64,000 nucleotides of DNA, taken from NCBI GenBank assembly GCA_000004695.1, contig CM000151.3, forward strand, positions 5,248,001 through 5,312,000, read 5' to 3'. This document shows, piece after piece, positions 27,007 to 40,578 of this stretch. The translations under genes were made by a program, and so were the position numbers. The notes below the pieces were generated by a model that was not told where the DNA came from, did not search any database, and saw nothing but the letters and a program-made list of their open reading frames with translations. Position 1 is the first letter of the stretch; each line of letters begins with the position of its first letter. This DNA comes from Dictyostelium discoideum. Its lineage: Eukaryota.

Positions 27007-28312
27007 TTAATTATCAAATGGATTTTTATCATCAAATGGATTTGGTGATTTTTGACCTTCAGGTTGTTGTTGTTGTGGTGGTTGATAAGTTTCTTGTGGA
27101 GAAGATTGATCAAAGGAATATTGTTGATGTTGTGAAGAGAAATCGGTTGGTGGTGATTGATGGAAAGTTTGTTGTGGTGGTGAATGTTGTTGTGGTGGTT
27201 GATATGGTTGTGGTGGTTGTTCTTCTTTATCTAAAGATAATTTTGAAAGATTAACTGTATTGGCATTGTTATTGTAATCTCCATAGGTATTTGGAGAGGT
27301 GGTGGAGGTGGTGTTAACTGGTGATTGAGAATTAAAGAGTTTATTTTCAGCAATAACCCACATTTTAATACATTCTTGAACCATTAATTGTTGCTCAGCA
27401 ACAAATTGTTTCATTTGAACGGCAACTTCTCTTTGAACATAGTTTACCATATCATTTGTGGCAGATATTAAATTGAGGGAGATTTGTTCATAATAGGCTT
27501 TAGCATTTTCATATTCAGTTGTTTTCTCTGCTAATTTTGTACCGGTATGTCCAGATTTTTGAGTTGATTTCAAATAGTTGAGAGCATTGTTATATTTGAT
27601 TCTACTCTCCTCTTGTTGTTTCTCTAAAGTAGCGACTTTTTTAACATGACCAACGTAAAGAGCTTCAATGTTTGTGGCAAATTTATCACAAAAGATTTGA
27701 GTATATTGTTGGAAATAAGTTGAAGAGTTTTTAATACCTTCACCAACTTCTCTTAATGAGTCTGATAATGGTAATGTTTGATTTATAATATAATTTGTAT
27801 GTGAAATCTTTTCACTAAATCTTTGTAAAATTACTGAAAAGGCAGTACCTTGTTGAACTTGTTTATCTATATATAGAAAAACCATGTAAAAATAAAATAA
27901 ATAAATAAATATTTTAATTGTTATTATAAATTAAAAAGATTATCTTAATTGAAAAAAATAATAATTCTTACCTGATGTTGCAAAATAATTTTTGGCTAAT
28001 TGAATTAATAATTTAATACTCCATTTCATATTTTTTAATGCAACTTTAGCATTTTGAACTTCATCTGATTCTGTCTCTAATTCAGTCATTGATGAGACTG
28101 CAGCATTCTTTGTTTTACTTAAAACATCTAAACCTATATATATTTTTAAATAATATATTAAAAAGATTTCAATTGTTTAATTGAAAATAAAAAATAAAAT
28201 AAAATAATCAAAAAAAAAAAAAAAATGAATATTTGAATATCTATCAACTTTAATGGTTATTAATTAATTTTAATTTTGTAAATTAATTTTTTTATTTACC
28301 TTTTTTAAACAT
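27007..28312 (-). CDS. BAR / arfaptin-homology (ICA69-like) domain protein with a Gln/Pro-rich C-terminal tail; exons 28300..28312, 27972..28133, 27007..27866
   Basis: A 13-nt first exon (ATGTTTAAAAAAG) with a GTAAAT donor, then exon 2 GLDVLSKTKNAAVSSMTELETESDEVQNAKVALKNMKWSIKLLIQLAKNYFATS with a GTAAGA donor, then exon 3 DKQVQQGTAFSVILQRFSEKISHT... Phases 1 and 1 are consistent. The match to the ICA69/arfaptin AH domain is weak. Confidence 0.55.
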
Positions 28313-28825
28313 TTCGTCTTTTAATATATATGATAAAATTTATAAATGAATTAAAATTGAACAGTGGTGTGATATTATGTTTTATTTTTTTTTTTTTTTT
28401 GGTGGTTATGGTGTGAAATTAAAAATTTTTAATTATTTTTTTTTTAATTTTTTTTTTTTATTTTTTTTTTATTTTTTTCAATTATTTTCAATTTTATTAA
28501 TTTTGTTTATAATAAAATGATTTTCGACTTGCAACTAATCAAGGTTACAATAAAAATAAAAAAAAAAAAATAAAAAAAAAATAAAATAAAAAATAAAAAA
28601 AAAAAATAAAAAATAAAAAAAATAAAAAAAAAAAGGCATAACCCAGAGTGATCAATTATTTATTAATTTAATTAAAAACAATTAACAACTATATATTCTT
28701 TAAAAAAAAGATAAATAAAATTATTATATTTTAACTAAATTTAATTATTTTCTATCTTTAATTTTATTTATTTTTTAAATTTTATTTATTTATTTATTTA
28801 ATTTTATTTATTTTTTATTTATTTT

Positions 28826-29861
28826 TTATTTAAAATTTTCAACAAAACTATTTAAAAACATTAAATTATCTTCAATAATATTAAATCTTCTTCCATCTAA
28901 AAAATTATTATCATTTTGTTCAAGTATTGAAATAATGAAAGAATCAGCAATGAAATTATTATAAAAAGTTAAAGAATGTTCTTCTTGACAAACTTGTAAT
29001 GTTTTTACAAGGATTTGGATGATTGTATCATAATAGTATTTTACTGTTACCTCTTTTAACTGTTTTTTAACAGATTGTAAATATTGTAAATATTTATAAT
29101 GTGAAATGAAAAATTTAAATTGTTCATTACTTGCAGGATTTAAAGAATTTGAAACACACCAATACATATCAGTGATGATTCTATCATTAATTTTATATTG
29201 TAAATTTTGATGTGATTCTAATTGCTGCTTTACCAAATTGGCAATGATACCACTGTCAATGAGTTTTTGAAGTAATTTATCATCAATCGATGCAAGCACA
29301 TTTGAAATTGTCCAATAACAATCCCCAATAGTTTTAGATTGATTCGATTTCACTAATAGTTTTGAAACAATTGTTAAATAACCATCGACAATAAATTTCT
29401 TTATTAAATAATCACAATGTAAAATTAAATCACCAATACATTTCAATGTTGTTGAATTTAATTCAGCATAGGTTGATAATGAGTCTGTTGTTTTATCAAG
29501 AATTTCTAAAATGGTTTTGATAAATCCAATTTTAACTAAATATGGTGCAATTCCTTCATCATCACCAATTTCCTCAATTAATGATGAAATACCTTCAAAT
29601 GCTGTTGATATTATACTTTTATCTTTAATTGTATTCCATTTCTTTAATAATTCGACAATTGGTTGTAATAAACTTTTAATAGTTTTGAAATCTAATTCCT
29701 CCTCTTCTTTTTTAATACAAATATTTTTAAAATAATTAACTGATTTCTTTATTTCTATTTCATCTAATAATGATAATCCTTCTAAAATTTCTATTATTTT
29801 CTTATCCTTTTTTTTTTTTTTTTTAAATTTAAAATATTTTAATTATTATTTTCTACTTAAA

Positions 29862-29898
<37 letters not shown>

Positions 29899-29910
29899 AT
29901 TATTTACCAT
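28826..29910 (-). CDS. Armadillo-like helical repeat protein (~328 aa); exon 1 is the ATG only (29908..29910), exon 2 is 28826..29806
   Basis: The long ORF has no in-frame ATG. An ATG|GTAAAT sits 101 nt upstream and an aaaaaAG|GAT acceptor gives M-DKKIIEILEGLSLLDEIE... Repeats resemble ARM/importin-alpha (GIIANLVKQ..., WTISNVLAS). Confidence 0.5.
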
Positions 29911-30270
29911 TTATCTAATAGGTTTATTATTATTATTATTTTAACATACAACTATTTTTTTAAATGCAAATGAAACAAAAATGAATTTATAAGGATTTTT
30001 TAAAAAAACAAAAAAAAAAAAAAATTAAAAAATCTTCCAAATATTATGATTTTTCAAAGTATTTTCAGATTTTTAAAAAAAGATATTTTATGAATATCTC
30101 AATTATTCATGTTTAGAGTTCAATGTATTTTAAAATACATTTAAAGGGTGGACCATTTTTTTATTTTTTTTTTTTTTTTTATTTTTTTTTTTTTTTTAAT
30201 ATCTAATTTTATTTAAAAAAATTTTATTTTAATTTTTTTAATTCTTTTATTGTTTATATTTTTTACTTAA

Positions 30271-30840
30271 TTATTGTTGAGTTTGTTGTTCAGTTTGTTG
30301 TTGTTGTTGTTTATTTTCTTTTATAACAGAAAAAGATGCAACTTGTTGTTCAGTATCAGAGATATCGAAACTTGAGAATCTTTGGAATTTGTTAAGTTGT
30401 AAATTTTTATAAAAGATATATTGACAATAACGACCTTCGTTTGTGGTATCATCTAAACCTGATGCTCTTAAAGTATTATAGTTTTCAGTGTTAACTTTGG
30501 TTGTGATATAACTAAGGAAAATGATTGGCATATCAGCGTTCTTTTTAACGATTGCAGCAGCACCTTCAGTTTGTAATTTTCTATCTAAAACATCTTCAGT
30601 ATTACCAAAATGAGTAACAATAACATTGACTGGTGTTTCATCAATTAATAATACTGCATCGATAAGACATGCAAGTTCACCTTCTGGTGATGGTAAAATA
30701 ACTCTATCTGATGAAATGATTGGGAAAATTGTTAATAATGCACAACCCCATGTATTTCTTGATGGTTCTGGTCCAAAATCACTATACATCTATAAAATAT
30801 AATATTAAAATTAGAAAATATATAAATATATAAATATTGA

Positions 30841-30924
<84 letters not shown>

Positions 30925-32648
30925 CTTACATGTAATTCAGTTGCAATCCATTCAACTAAATCTCTATTTGAAGTCATAACTCTTGAAAGATCAGATTCTA
31001 ATAAACCAATGATATTTGCACCATGATCTTTAATTACTTTTGTAACATTTGGGAAACTATTTCTACCAAAATTATCATAACCAAAATGAATTGTCCAAAT
31101 CATTGATTTAATATCAGTTGGAGCAGTGTTTGTAACAGAGGTTGCTGTTAAATCTCTTGTATAATGATGACCTGCAATACTTGAATCAGTTGGATGAGTG
31201 ATTGCTCTATTTACAGAGAATAAAAGTAAAAGTACTAATAAACCAAATAGAATATTGAAAACATCTTTATTTGGATAAGAAGGTTGATCTTTATTTGATT
31301 TTTCTCTTTTAATTGATGATGAGGAAGATCCACCTGATGATCTTAATGATTTATATACAAATGCAATACCCGTTGCTAAAACACATGCTATAATTAATGT
31401 TTGATTACGTTCTCTTAATAATGTTGATCCTAACCACCATGGTACAAATTTCTAAAATATTAAAAAAAAAAAAATAAAAAAAAAAAAAAAGTTAATAAAT
31501 ATTAAATATTAAAAATAAAATTATTAAAAAAACTTATACATTACATATGAAACAACATAAATTGCCCAAAATAATAAAACAGTATAAGTTAACATAGCAG
31601 AAGTGAATAATTGACCTAATTTTTCAGTATTTGAAACTTTTTCAATTAAAACGATCCAAAGTGAATTACAATAAGCACCCAAGAGAGAAGCAGAGATTAA
31701 ACCAATGAAACCAACGATGAAAGGAACGGTACCAGAGCACCAACCAAAGATAGCGGATAAAATGAGAGCAAAGATGAAAAAGTTTCTAGAGGTAACGAGA
31801 TGTTTCTTCTTTGAGATCACTACACCAGCCATCATACCCAAGATAACGAAAAGACCATATGGGAAAGGATTGAGACCGACCCAACGTGGAATTAAACCAT
31901 AAGTTGAGAAAAGTAATTGGTTAAAGAAAATGATGCCACCAAATGAGACACCAGTGGCGATGGTTGAGCTTGAGGAGGTTTCATGCTCGATAGACCAAAT
32001 GGCACCACTCTTCTTCTCGTCAGAGGCATTGATGTTCTCACCCATTAAAATCACAAATGCGACCAATACTAAAATCATACCAAACACTATCCAATTGCTC
32101 CAAGTCATGAATGGGTTGATGGAGAGGTATGGCAAACGAATGATTGCATGTAAAACAATTGCTAATGCATAGGCGTAGGCACCACGTTCACGACGTACTG
32201 CTGATTTTACATTGGCAAAACTATTGCATTGAGCTAACCAATCGAGAGCAACTGCAACCGATACGAAAAAGGTTTTGGTGACATGTGGTGATGAGAAAAT
32301 TCCAAATTCGTCATTCTTGATCGATGCCTTGTCAATGGCCCATGGGAAAATTGCAAAGAATGCTAATAATTGTGCTACCAAACGGATTGGTAAATTGAAA
32401 CGTGATACTATTCTATTGATAAATCCAATACCTAAAAATATTGGTGTAAAAATTGCTAATAATGCTGCCTCCCAACCTGTGAACCCCATAAATCCCATTG
32501 GGAAAAACCAAATAACTGATATAAATTCTACCATTAAACTCCAATTTACAAATGCTAATATACCATCTGCTAATAACAATATTAAATATTGTTTATTATA
32601 TCCACCTCCATAATTTTTACCTTTATTATTAATTGGTGTTGTTGACAT
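30271..32648 (-). CDS. CWH43 / PGAP2-interacting protein-like: N-terminal multi-pass membrane domain plus C-terminal endonuclease/exonuclease/phosphatase (EEP) domain; exons 31545..32648, 30930..31451, 30271..30789 (~714 aa)
   Basis: About 10 predicted TM helices in exon 1. The EEP region is MIWTIHFGYDNFGRNSFPNVTKVIKDHGANIIGLLESDL...ELH|MYSDFGPEPSRNTWGCALLTIFP...VIVTHFGNTED. There are GTAATG and GTAAGT donors, all exons are phase 0, and intron 2 contains a (TTA)n tract. Confidence 0.7.
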
Positions 32649-32718
32649 TTTTTTTTTTTTCTATTTCTTTTTTTTTGTTTATTTCTTTACTTAAAAAAAA
32701 AAAGTCAAACAATTAAAG

Positions 32719-32754
<36 letters not shown>

Positions 32755-33470
32755 AAAAAAATTAATTAACTCATCAAAAAAAAAAAAAAATAAAAAAAAA
32801 AAAATAAAAAATAAAAAAAAAAAAAAATATTTTGTTCCAAACTTACTGAAAAAAAATATTTTAATTTTTTTTTTTTTTTTTATTTGTAATGATTTAATTT
32901 TATTCAAATTATGGATTTAGTATAGATAAATAGAACATTCAAAAATACACAAAATGGTATGAAATATATATTATACCAATATTATTCCTTCTGTTTTTTT
33001 TTTTTTTTTTTTTTCCAATCAAAAATTTTATTTTTAAAAATAAATTATTTACCACTCAATTTTTTGTAATTATTTTTTTTTGATGGACAAAAAGTAGGGA
33101 ATAAATATATAAAAAATAGATTTCTTATAATTTTTTTTCAATTATTAAATCAATTAAAAAAAAAAACAAAAAAAAATTATTTGATTTTAAAATTAAAAAA
33201 AAACATTAAAATCTATTTTAAAAAAAAATGGCGTTCGCTAAATAATTTGATTTCTTATTTTGATCAATTGGTTTTCAGACCTTTTTTTTTTGAAATTTTT
33301 ATTTTATTTTATTTTATTTTATTTTTGTTAATTTTTTTATTATTTTTATATTAATACATATACATGCAGTGTGTTTTTTTTTTTTTTTCACCCACAACCC
33401 AAAAACTGGAATTGAAAGTGGAGAATTTAAATAGAAATATTTATATTGTTTAAATAATTTTTTTAAAAAT

Positions 33471-34615
33471 TTAATTTTTTTTAATATATAACTCTGATGA
33501 CTCAGCATCAGTAGTAACAGTATTAAGATGAATATTGGATTTAGTTGAGGATGATGTTGATTTCTTAATACTTGAAGAACTTGCAAATCTTTTATCAAAA
33601 GCATATAAAATTGATATGGCAGGTATGATTTCAGTGATTATTAAACCAATGAAAGTAAAGATTATACTAGTGACAGCTTTTACAGAGATTAAAATTATGA
33701 AAATTGAATGAAGTATGAAAGCAACTGATAGAATGATAGTTAGAGTTTTAATTTTTGATTGATTACTCGAATAGGAAGTAGCAGCAGCACCAGCAGCACC
33801 ACTACCTTTACTATTTGAAATTAAATTCCTCATTAATTTAACAATTGAACTACCTAAATAAATAAAAGCAATACCAATTAAAAGTGATAGTAATGCTTGT
33901 ACCACTGAATAAACTATTGATACCACTTGTTGAGGTGTTGAATTTTTCATTTCTTCAAATATTAATCCAACGCAATCTGTATTTGGTTGATAGGGTGTAT
34001 ATTGGAATACTAAAACAATAGCAATGAAAAACAAGTAAATCATAGAGTTTACAGAGGCTACAATTGTGTAGAGTCTTTTTTTCATATTACCAGCTGATGG
34101 ATTAAATTTTAAAACTACAAATACAATTACATACCAAAGTGCAATGATAATACTAAACGATGATAGATAAATGAATGTTGGTAGTACCACTAATACATAA
34201 TCGGATGAAGGTACATCAGTTAATGCACCACTTGGAAGTACAAAGAAATAAATACCTCTCATTATAATGAATGTTGATACTGAAACAATTAATAAATGAG
34301 TTAATTGTAATGGTTTCTTTGATTTAAATCTTTCAATTAAAAATTCAATGGTTTGGAATAAACCATAAATACCAACTAAAATGAAAAAGCATGCTAAAAT
34401 ATAAACTAATACAGTGGTTTTCTTATCTAATACTTGTTTATCTTTATCCTCCCAATCTGATACTCTATTAATTGGATAAATTATAATCTCTTTAATTCCT
34501 TCAGTTATATTTTCAATATTTGAACAATAATAATTAATATTATTAATTAATTTTAATTTTGCTTCACTATTTAATGGTATTAATTTATTATTAACACCAT
34601 CAATACTTTCATTAC

Positions 34616-34652
<37 letters not shown>

Positions 34653-37405
34653 TGATAATTTTATTGCAAAATCATAAATTGGATATGATTTTAAATTTAT
34701 TGATGTAATATTAAAATTCATACAAATTAAAAAATTTTTAAAACCAAATTCAGATTTTAAAATTATACCATCATTTAAAAGTGTACCAATGATTGCATCA
34801 TTTGAATTTAAAATTGCAAAATTATCAGGTTTAAGATAAGATATGAAATTATTTGATAATGGTTGTGGAGTTGAAATTGAATAAATGGTTTTAGAAATTT
34901 GAGATATTGATATCATTTCACAACCATGTGAAATTGAATCATTTTTGAAATTTAATAAACCATTAAAGAATGAAATCGATGTTTGTTCACCATTACAAAC
35001 TATTGATTGAGCCATAATGAGATTGGTTGATTGGAAACATTCTGAATTTCCACCAACATTACAACTACATAAAATTGAATTTAAATAGTTTTCTCTCTTT
35101 TCTTTTTGACAAAATGCTTCTGATGAATATAAAACTGACACTTGTTTATCGGTAGCTTGAACTATTTTCTCATAAAATTTTTGATAATTTAAAACATCTT
35201 TATATTGATATTGAGTGGTGAATGTTTTATTTTCATACCATTTCGATTGAACAAAAACACCTGGTAACCATACTGCATCAACCCATTGAAATTTATTCAT
35301 CCATTTAGTGGCACTACCTGATAAATTATGTTGTTGATTACAATTATTTTCATTCATTTCATTAAATCTAAAATTGTATGGTAAATTATTTGGATTTAAC
35401 ATATCAACTGAATCTTTATAAAATAAATCAATAGTTCTACAACCCATATATGATAAACATTCATCTTTATTAGTTGAAGGTTTCCACCACCATTTTGTTG
35501 TATTAACTCCTTGCTGTTGACAAAGTTCTTTATTTGGTATATCAAATTTTGGATAACAACCTAATGGTGAATCATATTCATCATAGAGTTTACAAGATTT
35601 TATAGATGTTGTATCAACTGTATGATTTGAAATACATTTACCTAAACCATTTGGATAAGGATGTTCATCATCTTTTTCAATTTGATCATAAAAGTATTGA
35701 TAATCAGAACAACGTCCTCTATTTAAACATTCTTGTTTAGTTGTACATTCAATTGGTTTTAAATAACAAAAATCTCTGATAGTATCTAAAATATCATATT
35801 CATCTGGTTTTGTTAAATTCCATACTGGACCTATACAATTATCACTATCTTTTGATGGACAATCAATCCAAGTATAACCACCATCATTGCAATCTTGTTG
35901 ATTAGTGATTGTTGTATAACAAAAGTTATCAATAAATTGAAAACCTGTTACTGATTCACAAAGTGTTGAATCCATTACATATGAAGAATCGGTTTCATTA
36001 AATTTAAACCATAAGCAATTTTCAATTAAACCTTTACATTCATAACCACATGGTTCAGAACAACTACCTCTACTATTTTCACAATCATCTTTATAAATAT
36101 TTGGAATATAACTACCATCGGCTAAAAGACACATTGATAATCCTAGTTCACAAGTTGTTTGATCAATGGTGACATCTTGGGTTGGAGAGAATGGATAATC
36201 TTGATCATATTGAATATCGGGTGAACCAACATGAGATAAAGAACCATTATAAATATGACAAAGTGTTGAGTTTACATCAGTACAATATCCACAAAAACTA
36301 TGTGATGTTGTAAATTTAGTTAATGGTCTACAACGGAAATAAAACTCTGAATAAACTTGTTGGTTATACCCTTTTGGTAACATTAAAAAGTACGCATCAC
36401 AATTAACTTGTTCTGGATTCTCTAAAATTGTTGAATAATCAATCTTTTCAAAAATCCAACCTCTAAGTAAATTTTGAGTTTTATAGGTAATTTCATTTGA
36501 TTGATCAATAAGATTTCCAGTTTCAGAGTTAATATTATTTGTTATATAGTATTTATAAGTTGAATGTTTTGAATAACTTCCTTCAATAACCCAATCTTTA
36601 AATTTTAATTCATTATGAATTGAATTGATAATTGTTGAATTTATATCCAATGTTGAAATTAATGAATAAAGAGTACCCAATGGAATCGCATTCAAAACAC
36701 ATTCAATATAATCATTATCGGTAATTTCATAATTTACAATACATTTCCTAGTGAATAAATCACATTTTCTTGTTCCATGATTAAAACTTTTACAATCATC
36801 ATCAAAAGTACAAAAAGGTGGTTCTAAAATTTTAATTCTACATTTTCTAAGTGCATCATATGTATTTAAATAAGTATTTGTAATTTCTAATCTTGGAATT
36901 TTACATTTATCTTGTTCTTCTCCTCCTTCTCCTCCTCCTTCTAAAAATGATGAGGAATATTTTTGTGTAATATATTGATCTAAAACAATTGATGTACAAT
37001 CTAAACTAAAACATTGATTTGTAATTTTATTAGATTCATAATCTTGAATTTTTAAACTTTGAGTTTTAATTGTTTTTTTTAAACATACTTGAGAGAATAA
37101 TAAATGAAAATTACAACATGGATCTAATTGATAAAGTGGATCTGATATTAAATATGGACATTGATAAGATGTTACATTTGTTTCAAAATTTTCTAATTTT
37201 AAATAATTTAAAATTGAATTTTCACAACCAATCCAATTACTTGTAGATTGTAATAAACCAAGTTTATATTTCCAATTATTTATATCTTTAATATTATCTT
37301 TATTATTCATACTTGTATTAATTATTTCTTGAACTTTTTGAAATTCTTTATAATTACATTCTTGAATTAATTTTAAATTAAAATCTTTAATTTTTAATTT
37401 AATAA

Positions 37406-37439
<34 letters not shown>

Positions 37440-38993
37440 TTATTATTAATAAATTTATTATTAATAAATTTATTATTAATAAATTTATTATTTTATTATT
37501 TTATTATTATTATTATTTTTTTTTAAAAAACTTACATCACCATCAAAATTAAAAAGATTTGATAAAAATTCAATTTCAATATTTAAAGAATCTTCAAGAT
37601 TTAAATATTCAATTATACCTTTACCATAATTTATTGAAAGTATTAAAGCAACTTGATAAGATTTTCCTTTTAATTTAAAATTATCTTGTAAATCATTTTC
37701 CATTATTTGATAATTAAAACCAGGAATAAATTGTAATGATCCAGGTACTGGCCATAATGGATTAATATTATCGATTGGTGATAGAATTGAATAAGGATTA
37801 CAAGAACTAAATTTTGGACAATAGAAATTTTGATTACTTTTTGTTATAATCTTTGAAGATTGAATCAATGCTAATGATGCCTCTAATAAACCCATTGAAC
37901 TAATTGGTTTCATAATTAAACCTTGACTCTTTATAATTGATATTGAATTTGGATAACCTAAAGAATCTTCACAATATTCATTTAGGCAATCCATTTTCAA
38001 GTATAATAATGTTGGATTTTCAAAATAAATTGTTAAACTATTAAATTTATTATAACCATCATCTTTAAAATAAAATAAAAATAAAGAATTAGTAAATTTT
38101 TAAAAAATGATTTTTTTTTTTTTTATTTTTTTTTTATACTTACAACTTTTAATAATCCATTTTGAATTTTGATCATTTGGTTCAGTAATTAAAGGATCAT
38201 CAGTTATAAATAAAGTTGATTCTTCAGCAAAGAAATTAATTAAATAAAATCCAGGATCTTTTACATCAAAACTATATAAAGGATCAGCTATTGTTAAATG
38301 ATTACCCAGGTTTATACATGTATGGTTTGAATCAATATTTACACAATTGGTTGTGTAAGTGTCACCATCTATTGAGGTTGGAATATTTTGATAATTAATT
38401 TCAATTGAAAAAGTTGCTTCGAAAGTTATTGGTGAAATATCCAAGAAATAAGTACCAACATAATACAATAGATTACTACTTTCTGGGCAAACATTTAATA
38501 GTATCTCACTTTCTAATGAATTGAATCTATAAAAATCTTTTTTAAAATGTGAACCAATCATATCTCCATTTAGTATTGTAAATGTGAAAGTTCCTTTGAT
38601 AGGTATCAACTTTATTGTAAAACCTAAATTTGGTTTATCATTTAAAAATCTAAATTGGGTGATGTTTTTGAGAGTATAGTTTGTTGTTGTTGGTGTTGTT
38701 GTTTGGCTAATTTCTAAATTCACCCATTGTTCTGTTTCATCCAATTCAATGCATTTAGGGTTTACACAATTTTCTGTTGGATTATTGGATTTAGTATAAT
38801 CACATAAACATGTACTTTCTGTATCATTATTAAATGTAATTACATTCCCAGTATCAACAGTAAGTGGGCACCCAATTGCAGAATAACGATATAAATCTTC
38901 ATCAAATTCTATATCATATAATGCATACGAAATATCGACCCCCATCGTTGTCACATTCTTATTATAAACAATTTTTTTGATATTACATTTATT

Positions 38994-39044
<51 letters not shown>

Positions 39045-39216
39045 ATGGGTTAGTTTGGTTTGTTACCAAAAAAAAAAAAAAAAAAAATTTCAAAAAAAAA
39101 AATTTCAAAAAAAAAATAGTAAAAATAAAAAAAAACATGTCAAAGTATGAAATTGTGTAATTACCTTTAACCAAAAAAATAAAATAAAAAAGAAATAATA
39201 TTATTGTGGCTTTCAT
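33471..39216 (-). CDS. Large receptor-like protein (~1770 aa): signal peptide, ~1500-aa Cys-rich/N-glycosylated ectodomain and a C-terminal seven-transmembrane domain; exons 39172..39216(?), 38144..38957(?), 37536..38062, 33471..37406
   Basis: Three long same-strand ORFs (38100..38954, 37488..38000, 33471..37310) are joined by GTAAGT donors and ttaaAG / aaaaAG acceptors with matching phases (...SKWIIKS|Y|DGYNKF... and ...FNFDGD|VIKLKIKDF...). There are seven hydrophobic helices in the last 330 aa. A hydrophobic leader MKATIILFLFYFIFL sits upstream, and its junction to exon 2 is uncertain. Confidence 0.6.
37439..37494. repeat. 15-bp tandem repeat (TTTATTATTAATAAA)x3.7 inside intron 3 of the 7TM gene
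   Basis: Direct repeats visible in the sequence. Confidence 0.85.
38996..39043. repeat. T48 homopolymer (A48 on the coding strand) inside the first intron of the 7TM gene
   Basis: Uninterrupted 48-nt run. Other extreme runs are A66 at 23742..23807, T62 at 39828..39889 and A56 at 6754..6809. Confidence 0.9.
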
Positions 39217-39815
39217 TTTTATTTTTGTTCTAAACAAAATAAAAATAAAAAAAAAAAAATAATTTAAAAAAAAAAAAAAAAATATGAAAATAAAACTTTA
39301 TTTTTAGATTTTTTTTTTATTTCAAAGAAGAAGATTTTAAAAATAATTTGAAAAAAGTGAAAAAAAATCTAAAAAATTTTTTTTTTTTTTTTTATTTTAA
39401 TCACTTTTTTAATTTTTATAAACTTTATATAAAATCACATTTATTTTTTAAGAAAACCAAGAATCCCAGTTGTCAGAGAAAATTTGATTTATTTTATTTG
39501 TTTAATTTTTGTTTTTTTTTTTTTTTTTTTGTCAATTAAAATTCAAAGAAGATTTATTTATTTTTTTACACTAATTTTTTTATTATTGATTATTTTTTTT
39601 TTTATAGATTATTTTTTTTAAATTTTTTTTTTTATCTATTTTTTTTTTATATTATTAATATTTACAAAAAAATCAATTTTTTCATTTTTCTGAAAATATT
39701 ATAAAATTGTATATTATAAAATAATATATAATTTTATAATATTAATAAAATTATATATATTATTTTATATTAAGAGATAACTCTAAAATTTTTGGTGATT
39801 ATTATTATTATTTTT

Positions 39816-39881
<66 letters not shown>

Positions 39882-40313
39882 TCAAAGAGTGTGTTGATGG
39901 AAGTGATAAATTGGTCTAAGTCGGGGTGGGAGTTTTGATTTTTTGAAAATAAAATTTTCCATTTATTTCTTTAATAAGTCTTTTTATAGGAAAAATAAAA
40001 TATTTTTTTTTTTTTTTTTTTCGTTTCAAATTTTGAATTGTATTATTACTTTTGATAAAAACATCTTTTTTGTCCAAACTTTTTTCTAAATCTTTTTTTA
40101 TTTTATCGTATGGCCGTGATTGATGTTGATGACATATTTAAATTGGTTTTTTTTATTGGAGTTTTATCCACAATTTCGCTTATTTTTTGTAGGCATTTGT
40201 GTTGCTTAATATTTGTGGTGTTGTTTGTAATTTTCATCTTCTTTTCTTTTTATTTATTTTATTTTTCCTTTAAAAAGTTAAAAATCTGGAAATTTTCTGA
40301 TTAAATTGGGTTC

Positions 40314-40350
<37 letters not shown>

Positions 40351-40578
40351 TTATAGAGAGTACTGAGTGAATTATTTTATTTTTAGAGATGTTTAGGAAG
40401 TGCTATTGCGTGAAGAGGTGAGTTCCATTGTCTTCTATATTGTAATAGCTTTAGCGAGATTAATGAGTCTAATTTATTTTGTTCCTCTGGCCGTTGCTTT
40501 GATTTGATTCTTAATGTTTTGTTTATAACCACTTGTATCCTATTTTTTCTTGTAGAAAATCGAAATTTTCCATAAAAA

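Noticed and set aside
31705-32613. Plus-strand ORFs 31705..31902, 31930..32172 and 32275..32613
   Set aside because: Antisense to exon 1 of the CWH43-like gene, whose sense strand encodes a coherent multi-TM protein. There is no independent support.
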